Part shown: piece by piece, positions 9,054-18,614 of the stretch
Layout of the letters: the number at the start of each line of letters is the position of its first letter
How positions within the stretch are numbered: position 1 is the stretch's first letter
Virus record (IMG/VR): IMGVR_UViG_3300029989_000006
DNA length: 64,000 nt
Source of the DNA: a virus
Direction: 5' to 3' (one strand)
Notes under the pieces: model-generated
Databases searched by the model: none
Seen by the model: the letters and a program-made list of their open reading frames with translations, nothing else
Told to the model about the DNA's origin: nothing
Made by a program: the position numbers and the translations under genes

Positions 9054-11600
9054 ATGGAAGAATACTTTAAAAATGATGAACTAGCATATGATGCTTGGAG
9101 AAGCAAGTATCAATTAAATAATGAGACATTAGAGGAATTTTTTATTAGAATTGCTAGAGAATTTGATAGATTAGATAACTTTCCTCAATGTTTAAAACTT
9201 GATGAAGATAAATTTAAAAAATTATCTCCTTATGGTCAATCTAGAATTAAGGAGGATAAATACGAATTGTTTTTAGGCTTATTTAAAGATTTTAAATATA
9301 TTATTCCTGGTGGATCTGTATTAGCTGGAATCGGTGGTACTAAACCTGTTTCTTTATCAAATTGTTTTGTATTAGAAACAGATGATTCTATTGAACCGAT
9401 TTTTGATACTGCTAAAGCAATGGCCCAGATTTATAAAAGAAGAGGTGGTGTAGGAGTAGATTTATCTTCATTAAGACCACGTGGCGCAGGAGTAAACAAT
9501 GCTGCAAATACAACAAGTGGTATAGTTCCATTTATGGAATTATATAGCCAAACTACTAATACTATTGGACAAGAAGGTAGACGTGGTGCGTTAATGCTTT
9601 CTGTTGATATTAATCATCCAGATAGTCCTGAATTTATTACAAGTAAACAGAATTTAACTAAAATTACAGGAGCTAATATCTCTGTTAAGTTAAATAATGA
9701 ATTTAAAAAGGCTGTTGAAAATAATAAGGATTATATTTTAAGATGGCCCACAAATGTAGATTTATCTACTTATCCTGACGATGATTTAACACTTATTCCT
9801 TATAATAAATTAATTATGTTATGGGAAGGATTGTATGTTAAAAAAGTTAAAGCTTTAGAAGTATGGAATTCTATAATTGAATGTGCTTGGAATACTGCTG
9901 AACCTGGTATACTATTTTGGGATAACATTATTGATAATGATCCTGCAAGTGTATATCCTGAGTTTAAAGCAGTATCAACCAATCCCTGTGGTGAAATACC
10001 CCTTTCTCCTTATGATTCTTGTAGATTAATTGCAACTAATTTATTTAGTTTAGTATATAAACCATTTACTACGGAAGCCTATCTTAATTTAGAAAAGGCA
10101 TATGAAATATTTTATGAAGCTCAGATTATTGCTGATATCTTAGTTGATTTGGAAATAGAATATGTTCAAAGGATTATTGATAAAACTGAAGGTGCTGAAA
10201 AGGAACTTTGGATTAAGATCAAAGAAATTGGACAAAAAGGTCGTAGAACCGGAACTGGTTTAACTGGTTTAGGTGATATGTTTGCGGCTCTTGATGTTCC
10301 TTATGGTGATGAAACTACTTTACATACTATAATGAGAACTAAAATGGAGGCTGAATTTGATGCATCTATTGACTTAGCAATTATTAATGACCCATTTCCA
10401 GCATATTCTGTAAGTAATGAATGGGATAATTATGATGAAACTGATATTGGGCCAACTATGGGAAATAATCCATTTTATGAATATTTCCAATGGAATTTTC
10501 CTAATCAATTTAAAAGAATGATTCAAAATGGTCGTAGAAACATTTCAATCTCAACAATTGCTCCAACTGGAACTATTAGTTTAATGGCTGGAGTTACAAG
10601 TGGTGGAGAACCCTTATATGATTATTATTATAGAAGAAGAAGAAAATGCAATCCTGGAGAAACTCCTGATTTTACTGATCAAAATGGGATAGGGTTTATG
10701 GAATATAATGTAATCCATCCTAAATTTAAAGAATGGGCACATATTATTGCAGGACCTATAGTTCCTCTTGATAATATGACTACTGGTGAATTAAATATTC
10801 TTGTAAAACAATCTCCTTGGTATAATCAAATAGCTGAAAAAATTGATCCTTCTGTAAGAATTAAAACTCAATCTATTTTACAACAGTACACAACTCATTC
10901 TATTAGTTCTACTATTAACTTAGCTGAATCTACCACAAAAGAACAAATTGATTTTTTGTATAGAGAAGCTTGGAATAGTAATCTTAAAGGAGTTACAGTA
11001 TACCGTGACAATTGTAGAACTGGAATTTTACTTAAAAGTGAAGCTTCTAAACCAATTATCGAAGAAAGACCTACTGAAATAGAATGTAAAGTTGAGCATT
11101 TTAAGAATGAAAAAAAGGATTGGATTGCTTTTGTTGGACTTCTTAATGATTTTCCATATGAGATATTTACTGGTCCAAAAGATTTAGATGTATTTCCTAT
11201 TCCTAGTAGTGTTATTTCTGGTAAAATTATAAAAGTACGTCAAGAGGATGGAACTTCAAGATATGATTTTAGGTATGTAGATTCTTATGGATATACAAAT
11301 ACCTTAGGAGGATTATCAAGAGTATTCGATAAAGAACATTGGAATTACGGTAGATTATTGTCTGCATTGCTAAGACAAAATATGGAAATTGTAAAACTTG
11401 TAAAAGTTGTAGAAGGACTTATTTTCAGTAATAAAGGTATGAATACTTGGAAAGCTGGTGTTATAAGAGCATTGAAAACATTTATTCCTGATGGAACAAA
11501 AGTTCATGGTGAAATCTGTGAAAATTGTGGTGGTACAAATGTAATTTATAATAATGGATGTAAAGAATGTAGAGACTGTGGCAGTAGCAAATGTGGATAA
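9054..11600 (+). CDS. nrdJ: class II (adenosylcobalamin-dependent) ribonucleotide reductase with C-terminal Zn ribbon
   Basis: SLSNCFV, RGGVGVD, GRRGALM, AEPG, TNPCGEI, IAPTGTIS, ISSTINL, KGVTVYR; terminal CENC..CKECRDCGSSKCG; no beta subunit nearby. Confidence 0.92.
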   Translation: MEEYFKNDELAYDAWRSKYQLNNETLEEFFIRIAREFDRLDNFPQCLKLDEDKFKKLSPYGQSRIKEDKYELFLGLFKDFKYIIPGGSVLAGIGGTKPVSLSNCFVLETDDSIEPIFDTAKAMAQIYKRRGGVGVDLSSLRPRGAGVNNAANTTSGIVPFMELYSQTTNTIGQEGRRGALMLSVDINHPDSPEFITSKQNLTKITGANISVKLNNEFKKAVENNKDYILRWPTNVDLSTYPDDDLTLIPYNKLIMLWEGLYVKKVKALEVWNSIIECAWNTAEPGILFWDNIIDNDPASVYPEFKAVSTNPCGEIPLSPYDSCRLIATNLFSLVYKPFTTEAYLNLEKAYEIFYEAQIIADILVDLEIEYVQRIIDKTEGAEKELWIKIKEIGQKGRRTGTGLTGLGDMFAALDVPYGDETTLHTIMRTKMEAEFDASIDLAIINDPFPAYSVSNEWDNYDETDIGPTMGNNPFYEYFQWNFPNQFKRMIQNGRRNISISTIAPTGTISLMAGVTSGGEPLYDYYYRRRRKCNPGETPDFTDQNGIGFMEYNVIHPKFKEWAHIIAGPIVPLDNMTTGELNILVKQSPWYNQIAEKIDPSVRIKTQSILQQYTTHSISSTINLAESTTKEQIDFLYREAWNSNLKGVTVYRDNCRTGILLKSEASKPIIEERPTEIECKVEHFKNEKKDWIAFVGLLNDFPYEIFTGPKDLDVFPIPSSVISGKIIKVRQEDGTSRYDFRYVDSYGYTNTLGGLSRVFDKEHWNYGRLLSALLRQNMEIVKLVKVVEGLIFSNKGMNTWKAGVIRALKTFIPDGTKVHGEICENCGGTNVIYNNGCKECRDCGSSKCG

Positions 11601-12014
11601 ATGACTAATGAACAAATTTTAGAAGGTAATAAACTAATTGCTGAATTTATGGGTTATGAAATACCAAAACAAACTCATAAACTAGATTGGATCTATTATA
11701 AAGGAGTATTACAAAATATGCTATTTCATTATTCTTGGGATTGGTTAATTCCAGTAGTTGGAAAGATTGAATCTATCTATGATAAGCATCATGGACATTT
11801 TGGAGTACATATTTCAAGTAATACTTGTTCAATACAAGGCACTAATTTATGGAAATCTTTAGAAATGGAAGTGGATAATAATGAATCTATAACAAGACCA
11901 TATGGCTATGTTTATTGTTCAGATTCAAATGTTATATTTGATACTAAAATAGAAAGTACCTGGTATAATGTAGTAGAATTTATTAAGTGGTACAATAATT
12001 ACAAAGAAAAATGA
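11601..12014 (+). CDS. conserved phage protein (NKLIAEFMG...SWDWLIPVV..IE family)
   Basis: 137 aa with a recognisable phage motif. Confidence 0.75.
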   Translation: MTNEQILEGNKLIAEFMGYEIPKQTHKLDWIYYKGVLQNMLFHYSWDWLIPVVGKIESIYDKHHGHFGVHISSNTCSIQGTNLWKSLEMEVDNNESITRPYGYVYCSDSNVIFDTKIESTWYNVVEFIKWYNNYKEK

Positions 12015-12301
12015 GTAAATATATTTATATCCAAGCGGATACTAATGACGGTGATTACATTAGTGAATTAAATGAAATAGATGAAGAAGATTTAGTATCA
12101 ATTCTTCCTATTATTCAACAAGTTGCTAATAATTTTGGAGATTTTGGAATGGGAGAATTTGGAGATTCTGCTGATAAACTTTATGGAGAAATAGATAATT
12201 ATGATTTATTTAGACAATTTGTTCCCAGAGGAGAATATGGAATTCATACAATTGTCGAAATAAGAATTTTGGAAGTAACAAGTGATAAAAAATTATTATA
12301 A
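12011..12301 (+). CDS. acidic hypothetical protein
   Basis: 96 aa; ATGA overlap. Confidence 0.7.
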   Translation: MSKYIYIQADTNDGDYISELNEIDEEDLVSILPIIQQVANNFGDFGMGEFGDSADKLYGEIDNYDLFRQFVPRGEYGIHTIVEIRILEVTSDKKLL

Positions 12302-12501
12302 TGGTAGTATTTTTTGAAGAAAGAGATTTACTTTCTTTTGGTTTATTTATGGTGTCAGATTTTAGGAAAACAGCTTATATTAATTCTATGAAAGAAACTC
12401 CTGCATTAGTTCCACAAGTTTTAAGTGAATGTGGGCAGGATGATTTAGAATTATGGATGTATTATAAACAAAATACAGAAAAGGGACAAGAAGATGCTTA
12501 A
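12301..12501 (+). CDS. hypothetical protein
   Basis: 66 aa; TAATG coupling. Confidence 0.65.
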   Translation: MVVFFEERDLLSFGLFMVSDFRKTAYINSMKETPALVPQVLSECGQDDLELWMYYKQNTEKGQEDA

Positions 12502-12940
12502 TGTTCAGGTAATAAATAAATCATATAATGATTTACCAGAATATTCTACAAAAGGATCTGCTGGAATGGATGTAAGAGCAAATGTAATAAATGAAGTTGG
12601 TTATATTACTCTTTATCCTAATGAAACAAAGTTAATCCCAACTGGATTGTTTTTTGCAGTACCAGAAGGATATGAAATGCAAATTAGACCTAGAAGTGGT
12701 CTTGCATTGAAAAATGAAATTACAGTTCTAAATACTCCTGGCACTTTAGATAGTGATTATATTGGTGAGTTGGGAATTATTTTACATAATTTCGGGAAAA
12801 GCACATTCTTTATAAATAATGGTGATAGAATTGCTCAGATAGTGTTCAATAAATACGAATCCGCAGTATTAGAATCTGTTTCACAATTAAATGAAACTAA
12901 TAGAGGAACTAGTGGATTTGGATCAACTGGTATTAAATAG
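12494..12940 (+). CDS. dut: trimeric dUTPase
   Basis: SAGMDV, RPRSGLA, GTLDSDYIGE, GDRIAQ, RGTSGFGSTG. Confidence 0.97.
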   Translation: MLNVQVINKSYNDLPEYSTKGSAGMDVRANVINEVGYITLYPNETKLIPTGLFFAVPEGYEMQIRPRSGLALKNEITVLNTPGTLDSDYIGELGIILHNFGKSTFFINNGDRIAQIVFNKYESAVLESVSQLNETNRGTSGFGSTGIK

Positions 12941-12941
12941 T

Positions 12942-13283
12942 ATGAAAATAGTACTAAGAAATGAATATTCAGTAACTATGCCAAAGGTGTTTATTACTGA
13001 AATTGATTTTAATATAGAAGAATTTTTAAAAGATTCAGAAATACATGATGAAGATGATTTAAGATACAGATTAGAGGATTTAATATGGGATGCTAATTAT
13101 CAATATTTTGATAATGGGGATGAAGACATAGAAAATGATGATTTAGAAACTTTCATTGAAAATATAAATGAATTAGTTGAAAAATATTCATATTTAATTA
13201 TCACTGAGTTAAAAGAAACATGTTGTAATAGCGCTACTGAAGAATCCAATTTTTGTAATATTTGTGGTAAAAAATTAAAGTAA
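12942..13283 (+). CDS. acidic protein with C-terminal Cys cluster
   Basis: ATG at 12942; TCC...FCNICG Zn-ribbon-like end. Confidence 0.7.
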   Translation: MKIVLRNEYSVTMPKVFITEIDFNIEEFLKDSEIHDEDDLRYRLEDLIWDANYQYFDNGDEDIENDDLETFIENINELVEKYSYLIITELKETCCNSATEESNFCNICGKKLK

Positions 13284-13660
13284 TGACAAGGTTAGAAGGA
13301 TTAATTGAGGTTTTAAAAGAGAATGATTTTGACAATGAAGTAATAGATGAACTTATTTTAAAATATTATTCAACACAAGATGATATTACATTTTATTCAG
13401 AAGGATATACTTTTAAAGTATATACAAATGATGAAATGGAAGATAATTTATATGAGATTGCTGATGTAATTTATTGTGAGGTTATATCAGATATGCAAAG
13501 AACTACCAGAAATATAACATATAGTGATTATGTTCTTGAAGAATTAAAGCGTGATAATATAATAGATAATATTTCTAAAGACTTAAATTATTTTGAAGAA
13601 AAAGAAGATTGTTTATTTTTAGGTGAAACTGGTAGATATACAGTTTGTGAGTTAGTATAA
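13283..13660 (+). CDS. acidic hypothetical protein
   Basis: 125 aa; TAATG coupling at both ends. Confidence 0.7.
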   Translation: MTRLEGLIEVLKENDFDNEVIDELILKYYSTQDDITFYSEGYTFKVYTNDEMEDNLYEIADVIYCEVISDMQRTTRNITYSDYVLEELKRDNIIDNISKDLNYFEEKEDCLFLGETGRYTVCELV

Positions 13661-14142
13661 TGGAAGAAAAAGAGTTTAAGAAATATAGATATTTAGGTTA
13701 TTGGTATCCAGGAGTTCCAGAACACTGGAAACCAATAGTCCTAAATATGTTAAAAGAAATGGATGAATATATTAAACCTAAGTTAGTTCCTAGGTTTATA
13801 TATAATTGGGTTGCATGGTTTGCAAGAAGAGGAAGTGTTGTAAATGTTTCAAATAATTTTTGGTATAAAATTTCATATTATTTAAATAAAGGGAATTTTA
13901 TTACTGATATTAAAGATAAATATGCAACTTTAAGAGTTTATGGTTATTTTGATAATTCTGTTGATGAAATAATTGAAAAAGCTGAAAAACTTTGTGAGAA
14001 TACTTGTGAACGATGTGGTGGAACTGAAGAAGTAAAAGATATAGCAATTAAAGGATGGGTAACCAATCTTTGTATTAATTGTAGAACTGAATTAAAGCCA
14101 AAAAAGAATGATAGTAATATCGGAAATAGTACTAGTAAGTAG
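13660..14142 (+). CDS. phage protein of the '(Q)IKEKFGxLRFY' type with Zn ribbon
   Basis: DIKDKYATLRVY, TCERCG, LCINC. Confidence 0.75.
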   Translation: MEEKEFKKYRYLGYWYPGVPEHWKPIVLNMLKEMDEYIKPKLVPRFIYNWVAWFARRGSVVNVSNNFWYKISYYLNKGNFITDIKDKYATLRVYGYFDNSVDEIIEKAEKLCENTCERCGGTEEVKDIAIKGWVTNLCINCRTELKPKKNDSNIGNSTSK

Positions 14143-15262
14143 AAATGCACGTGATAAAGTTCAGGTTGCAATTACATCATTAAGTCAGAATGGTAATTCT
14201 TTTATTATTAATAGAAAAACTGGTCAGTATAAAGGAAAAATGTCAGTTCAACCTGAGTTAGTTATTGAAAAAGGTAAAGCAAAAAGGTCTGTAATTCAGC
14301 AAGCAGAGTTAGAATTTAATAGTATTATTAATAAATATTGTGATAAAGGTTATAAAAAACTACATAATTTAACTGATACTAAATTTGAAGAAATAGAAGA
14401 TTCTGAACTTAATGAATTAGTTCCAACCATTAAAAGTGATGATAATGGAAACAATAAACCTATGTTAGCTAAATCATTTGATGATTGTCAGAATTCTGTA
14501 TTGGAAAAACCAATGTATTGTTCTCGAAAACTTAATGGAGTTCGCTGTCTTATTAGGCAGGGTAGTACTAGTAGTAGAGGTGGTAAAGATTATGATTGTT
14601 CTACTATAAAAATTATGGAAGAACTTGAAGATTTCTTTATTGATCATCCAGATATAGTTCTGGATGGTGAATTATATATTCATGGGGAGTTTCTACAAAG
14701 AATTTCTGGTATTGCAAGATTAAAAACTTGGGAATCTAGGTGTGATAGATTACAATATTGGATTTATGATATAGCTTCTGAAACTGAAACTTTTGAAGAA
14801 AGATTAGAAACTTTAAAAGAAATGCAGGAGATATTTAAATCTGCTACATATGTTAAAGTTTTAGAGCACGTACTTACTGAGGGTTGGGATAAAGTTAAAA
14901 CTTTACATGATAAATGGGTGGCTGAGGGATTTGAAGGATTAGTCGCAAGAAAACCTGATAAGGTTTATCAATTTGGAAAGAGAAATTCTACAATGATTAA
15001 GTTAAAAATGACTAAAGATGATGAGTTTGAAATTATTGATTATAAAGATGGGTTAAGACCTGAAGATTTTGTATTCGTATGTCAAACTAAATCAGGTAAA
15101 GTTTTTGAAGCTAAACCATTAGGAAGTAGAGAATTAAAAGCAGAATATTTAGAGAATATTGATAATATTATTGGTAAAATGGGAACTGTTAGATACTTTG
15201 AATTATCAAAGGATGGAATTCCATTACAGACAAGATTATTAGCAATCAGGGATTACGAATAA
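14108..15262 (+). CDS. lig: ATP-dependent DNA ligase
   Basis: PMLAK, motif I KLNGVR, LDGELY, YWIYD, EGLVAR, KLK; C-terminal OB fold. Confidence 0.92.
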   Translation: MIVISEIVLVSRNARDKVQVAITSLSQNGNSFIINRKTGQYKGKMSVQPELVIEKGKAKRSVIQQAELEFNSIINKYCDKGYKKLHNLTDTKFEEIEDSELNELVPTIKSDDNGNNKPMLAKSFDDCQNSVLEKPMYCSRKLNGVRCLIRQGSTSSRGGKDYDCSTIKIMEELEDFFIDHPDIVLDGELYIHGEFLQRISGIARLKTWESRCDRLQYWIYDIASETETFEERLETLKEMQEIFKSATYVKVLEHVLTEGWDKVKTLHDKWVAEGFEGLVARKPDKVYQFGKRNSTMIKLKMTKDDEFEIIDYKDGLRPEDFVFVCQTKSGKVFEAKPLGSRELKAEYLENIDNIIGKMGTVRYFELSKDGIPLQTRLLAIRDYE

Positions 15263-15272
15263 AAATTAAATT

Positions 15273-15485
15273 ATGAAATTTAGAAAAGTAGTTGAGACTT
15301 ATATCTTAAATGAAGAATTATTAGATATGGTAAATGAAGTTTTAGAATGTGATGATAAAGAACCTTTAACAACTTTGGAAAATTTAACAATTGAGAATTA
15401 CATTGAAATCTTTGGAGAAGATTGGTTTTATGAGGAATTTGAATATGCAAGTGATGATAATTCAGTAATTACGATTGTTGAATAA
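15273..15485 (+). CDS. small acidic hypothetical protein
   Basis: 70 aa, E/D-rich. Confidence 0.65.
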   Translation: MKFRKVVETYILNEELLDMVNEVLECDDKEPLTTLENLTIENYIEIFGEDWFYEEFEYASDDNSVITIVE

Positions 15486-15491
15486 AAATGA

Positions 15492-15740
15492 ATGACTGCA
15501 AACGAATTCAATAAGAAATATGCAGACTTTATAGTTAAGCGACATCCTGGATGTTGTTTAATTAATAAGTCTGTTATTGATTATTTAGACAGAGAATTTG
15601 AGGAATTGATTAAAATCCCAGGTTTTCAATTCCACGAGATTAAACCAAGGTTTAATTTCTTTAGATTAACAGGAACAGATTTATCTCAAGAAAAGATTTG
15701 GGAGATTGAGAATAAATTATATGAATTACATAAACAATGA
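15492..15740 (+). CDS. hypothetical protein
   Basis: 82 aa; HEIKPRFNFFRL resembles the motif in 13660..14142. Confidence 0.65.
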   Translation: MTANEFNKKYADFIVKRHPGCCLINKSVIDYLDREFEELIKIPGFQFHEIKPRFNFFRLTGTDLSQEKIWEIENKLYELHKQ

Positions 15741-16246
15741 AATTAATAATAAAAGAAAAATCAAAATCACAACTTAGGGAAGTTTATGTTATTGAAGTTG
15801 ATTTTATGTTTGGGGACGCAGATGGTAATGAAACTTTAACTTTTGAGTTTTCTGAAGCAGAGTATGCAGATTTATATTTTGCAGATGAAGTGCATTCATT
15901 TATTAAATCTATATTAGAAGCAATTGATATAGATCGTCTAGGAAGAGGTGGTTTTGAATCTTCAAGAGAATGTATAAGATGGTATGGTTTAGGTCAGGAT
16001 TATACATGGAAAAATAATAAAATGGCATATGTTGAAGTACATAATCCAGTTTATCAGTGGAATAGATTTTGTGAAGATGATTATGATATTGAAGAATTTG
16101 AAGAGTTAGAATTTAGATCGGATAGATTTTTATATAGCATCCCAACTTACTCTGATAGATGGTATGGTTCATATGAATCTATTACCATTTCATATTATGA
16201 TGATCAAGGATATAAATATTTAGTAGAAATTGATGAGAAAAATTAG
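15737..16246 (+). CDS. acidic hypothetical protein
   Basis: 169 aa; ATGA overlap. Confidence 0.7.
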   Translation: MKLIIKEKSKSQLREVYVIEVDFMFGDADGNETLTFEFSEAEYADLYFADEVHSFIKSILEAIDIDRLGRGGFESSRECIRWYGLGQDYTWKNNKMAYVEVHNPVYQWNRFCEDDYDIEEFEELEFRSDRFLYSIPTYSDRWYGSYESITISYYDDQGYKYLVEIDEKN

Positions 16247-17321
16247 TGCAGAAATAATTGCGGACAGTACAATACATGGCCATAGATTGATTACTTATAT
16301 GTTGACTTATCCAAGATTTATACATGCAGAACTGATGACACATCGTGTGTTTTCAAGAAATTCGGCTAGTAGCAGAGCCATACCATTTGAGAAAATGATA
16401 AAATCTGTTGGAGAAGATCCGTTTATTCCTATTGCATGGCAAAAAGATCATAAAGGTATGCAGGGAGCACAATATATTACTTCTCCACAGGGAATAGAAC
16501 ATTGTAATAATTTATGGGAAGTAGCAGCAGAACAAGCTGTTAAATCAGCTAAGATGATAAGAATAATGGATGGAGAAATTGAGTATCCCGGTACAATTGA
16601 GGAAGTATTTTCTGATTTTGAAGATGAGGATGAGATTTTAATTACAAAACAACTTTGTAATCGTCTTTTAGAACCGTTTTTATGGCACACTGTAATAGTA
16701 ACATCAACTGAATTTTCAAATTTCTTTGAATTAAGATGTCCTAAATATATTCAACATACTATAAACAAAGTAAACACTTTTTACAGTAAAAAAGATTATG
16801 AAAATAAGTATGGTAAACAAGATATATCTGAATTAGATTGGATTAAATCTAGTCAATCAGGAGCTGAAATACATATTCAAGCATTAGCGGAAGCTATGTG
16901 GAATGCTAAAAATGAATCTACTCCTAAAGAATTAAAAGAAGGTGAATGGCATATTCCTTTTGGAGATAAAATATCTGGAGATGTTACAAAATGGTTTTCA
17001 ACTATTGAAGATCAAGCATATTGGTTAGGAAAAGATATGACTAAGTTATTTCTTAAAGTAGCTGTTGCACGATGTGCTAGATTATCTTACATGACATTTG
17101 ATGGAGAAATAGATTATAAAAAAGATATTCAACTCCATGATACACTGTTAGCTAGTAAACACGCAAGCCCATTTGAACATGTAAGTCGAGGTTTAACTGA
17201 AGAAGAATATAACACATTAGGTAAAATGATATTAGATCCAGTTAAAGGTTATGTTTTTGAAAAAGGATGGGCTGATAATTTTAGAGGATTTATATCTTAT
17301 AGAAGAATTCTAAATTTCTAA
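16233..17321 (+). CDS. thyX: FAD-dependent thymidylate synthase
   Basis: AELMTHRVFSRNSASSRAIP, NRLLEPF, NFFELR, ARCARLSY, HASPFEH. Confidence 0.9.
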   Translation: MRKISAEIIADSTIHGHRLITYMLTYPRFIHAELMTHRVFSRNSASSRAIPFEKMIKSVGEDPFIPIAWQKDHKGMQGAQYITSPQGIEHCNNLWEVAAEQAVKSAKMIRIMDGEIEYPGTIEEVFSDFEDEDEILITKQLCNRLLEPFLWHTVIVTSTEFSNFFELRCPKYIQHTINKVNTFYSKKDYENKYGKQDISELDWIKSSQSGAEIHIQALAEAMWNAKNESTPKELKEGEWHIPFGDKISGDVTKWFSTIEDQAYWLGKDMTKLFLKVAVARCARLSYMTFDGEIDYKKDIQLHDTLLASKHASPFEHVSRGLTEEEYNTLGKMILDPVKGYVFEKGWADNFRGFISYRRILNF

Positions 17322-17352
17322 ATTTTAAAGGATTTATTAAAATTTTAATTAT

Positions 17353-17360
17353 TATCTTTG
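17353..17360 (+). promoter_or_regulatory. Bacteroidota-type -7 promoter box
   Basis: TATCTTTG(CA) 13 nt upstream of the ATG at 17374. Confidence 0.65.
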
Positions 17361-17373
17361 CATATAACTTTAA

Positions 17374-18105
17374 ATGAAGAATATGTCAGGAATTTATAAA
17401 ATTTTAAATAAATCCAATAACAAATGTTATATTGGTAGTACAGTTAATTTCGGTGATAGAAAAAATTTACATTTTTCTAAATTAAAACGAGGAAAACATC
17501 ATTCAATTATTCTGCAAAGAGCATATGATAAATATGAAATAGATAGTTTTGAATTTATTATTTTAGAAGAGTGTGAAAATGAAAAACTTCTAGAAAGAGA
17601 ACAATGATATTTTGATAATTATAAACCAGAATATAATGTTGCAAAAGTTGCAGGAAATACACTAGGTGTTGCCTCTACAAGACGTATAGCTATAGTACAA
17701 TATGACTTAGATGGAAATCAAATAAAAATTTGGGATTGTTTAGAAGATATTAAAAAAGAATTAAATTTGGCTGCATCCTCAAAGATATCTGAATGTTGTA
17801 AATTAAAACGAAATAAAATTTATGGCTTTGTTTGAAGATATTTAGAGGATAATCCTGGATTTTCATTAAGTACAGTTAGAAAAGGTAAATGTATTGCTGA
17901 GATAGATTCTTGTGGAAATATTATTAATGTATGAGAAAGAATTATAGATTGTGCAAATGATATAGGAACATCTTCTGCAGCAATTTGTGATACTTTATCA
18001 GAAAAATCCCGAAGAAAAACAATATATAATAGAATGTTTAAAAGAATAGAAAAAGAAGAGTTAGAACAATATCGTTATTTAATAGAAAATAAAAATGATT
18101 GATAA
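17374..18105 (+). CDS. free-standing GIY-YIG homing endonuclease with two NUMOD1-like domains; TGA=Trp (243 aa)
   Basis: GIYKI..CYIGS; EREQ[TGA]YFDNYKPEYNVAKVAGNTLG; VQYDLDGN..ISECC..YGFV[TGA]RY; in-frame TGA at 17605, 17833, 17932, 18100; TAA at 18103-18105. Confidence 0.9.
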
Positions 18106-18610
18106 TATAACTTTAGAAAGAATAAAATTACTTCATCCTAAAATTAGGAATGAAGTACATGATATATATGTAAATGAAGTTGTTCCTGCTTTAACAGGTA
18201 AATCAACTTGTAGATTTGCATACACATTAAGAACATTTGCTGAACAAGATTTATTGTATGCACAAGGTAGAACCAAATTATTTGATGCAAGTGGAAATCG
18301 ATTAGGTATCGTAACTAATGCTTCTGGTGGAAAATCTATCCATAATTATGGATTAGCTTTTGATATTGTATTGTTAGAAAATGCAATTGCTTCATGGGAT
18401 ATAGTAAAAGATTTTGATGGTGATCATGTTCCAGATTGGATGGAAGTTATTAATATCTTTAAAAATAAAGGATATGAATGGGGTGGAGACTGGAAAAGTT
18501 TAAAAGATACACCACATTTACAAAAGACTTTTGGATTAAACTGGGCACAATGTTCAGCTATATATAAAAGAAAAGGTGGATTAGATGCTGATGGATATAT
18601 TATTTTTTAA
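18095..18610 (+). CDS. endolysin, peptidase M15 family (L-Ala-D-Glu peptidase-like)
   Basis: RTFAEQDLLYAQGR, VTNA, SIHNYGLAFD, WGGDW, DTPHLQ. Confidence 0.92.
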   Translation: MIDNITLERIKLLHPKIRNEVHDIYVNEVVPALTGKSTCRFAYTLRTFAEQDLLYAQGRTKLFDASGNRLGIVTNASGGKSIHNYGLAFDIVLLENAIASWDIVKDFDGDHVPDWMEVINIFKNKGYEWGGDWKSLKDTPHLQKTFGLNWAQCSAIYKRKGGLDADGYIIF

Positions 18611-18614
18611 TTAA

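Noticed and set aside
14524-14545. Ligase motif I KLNG instead of KxDG as a sign of inactivity
   Set aside because: The catalytic Lys and the other motifs are intact, and KxNG variants occur in nucleotidyltransferases.
2-16690. Minus-strand ORFs in the early region (e.g. 2..211, 2179, 2827, 3871, 9800, 11370, 13944, 16448)
   Set aside because: Antisense to well-supported plus-strand genes.
17322-18105. Group I intron or intein carrying the GIY-YIG gene
   Set aside because: thyX ends normally at 17321 and the endolysin is intact; there is no room for ribozyme structure, so the gene is free-standing.
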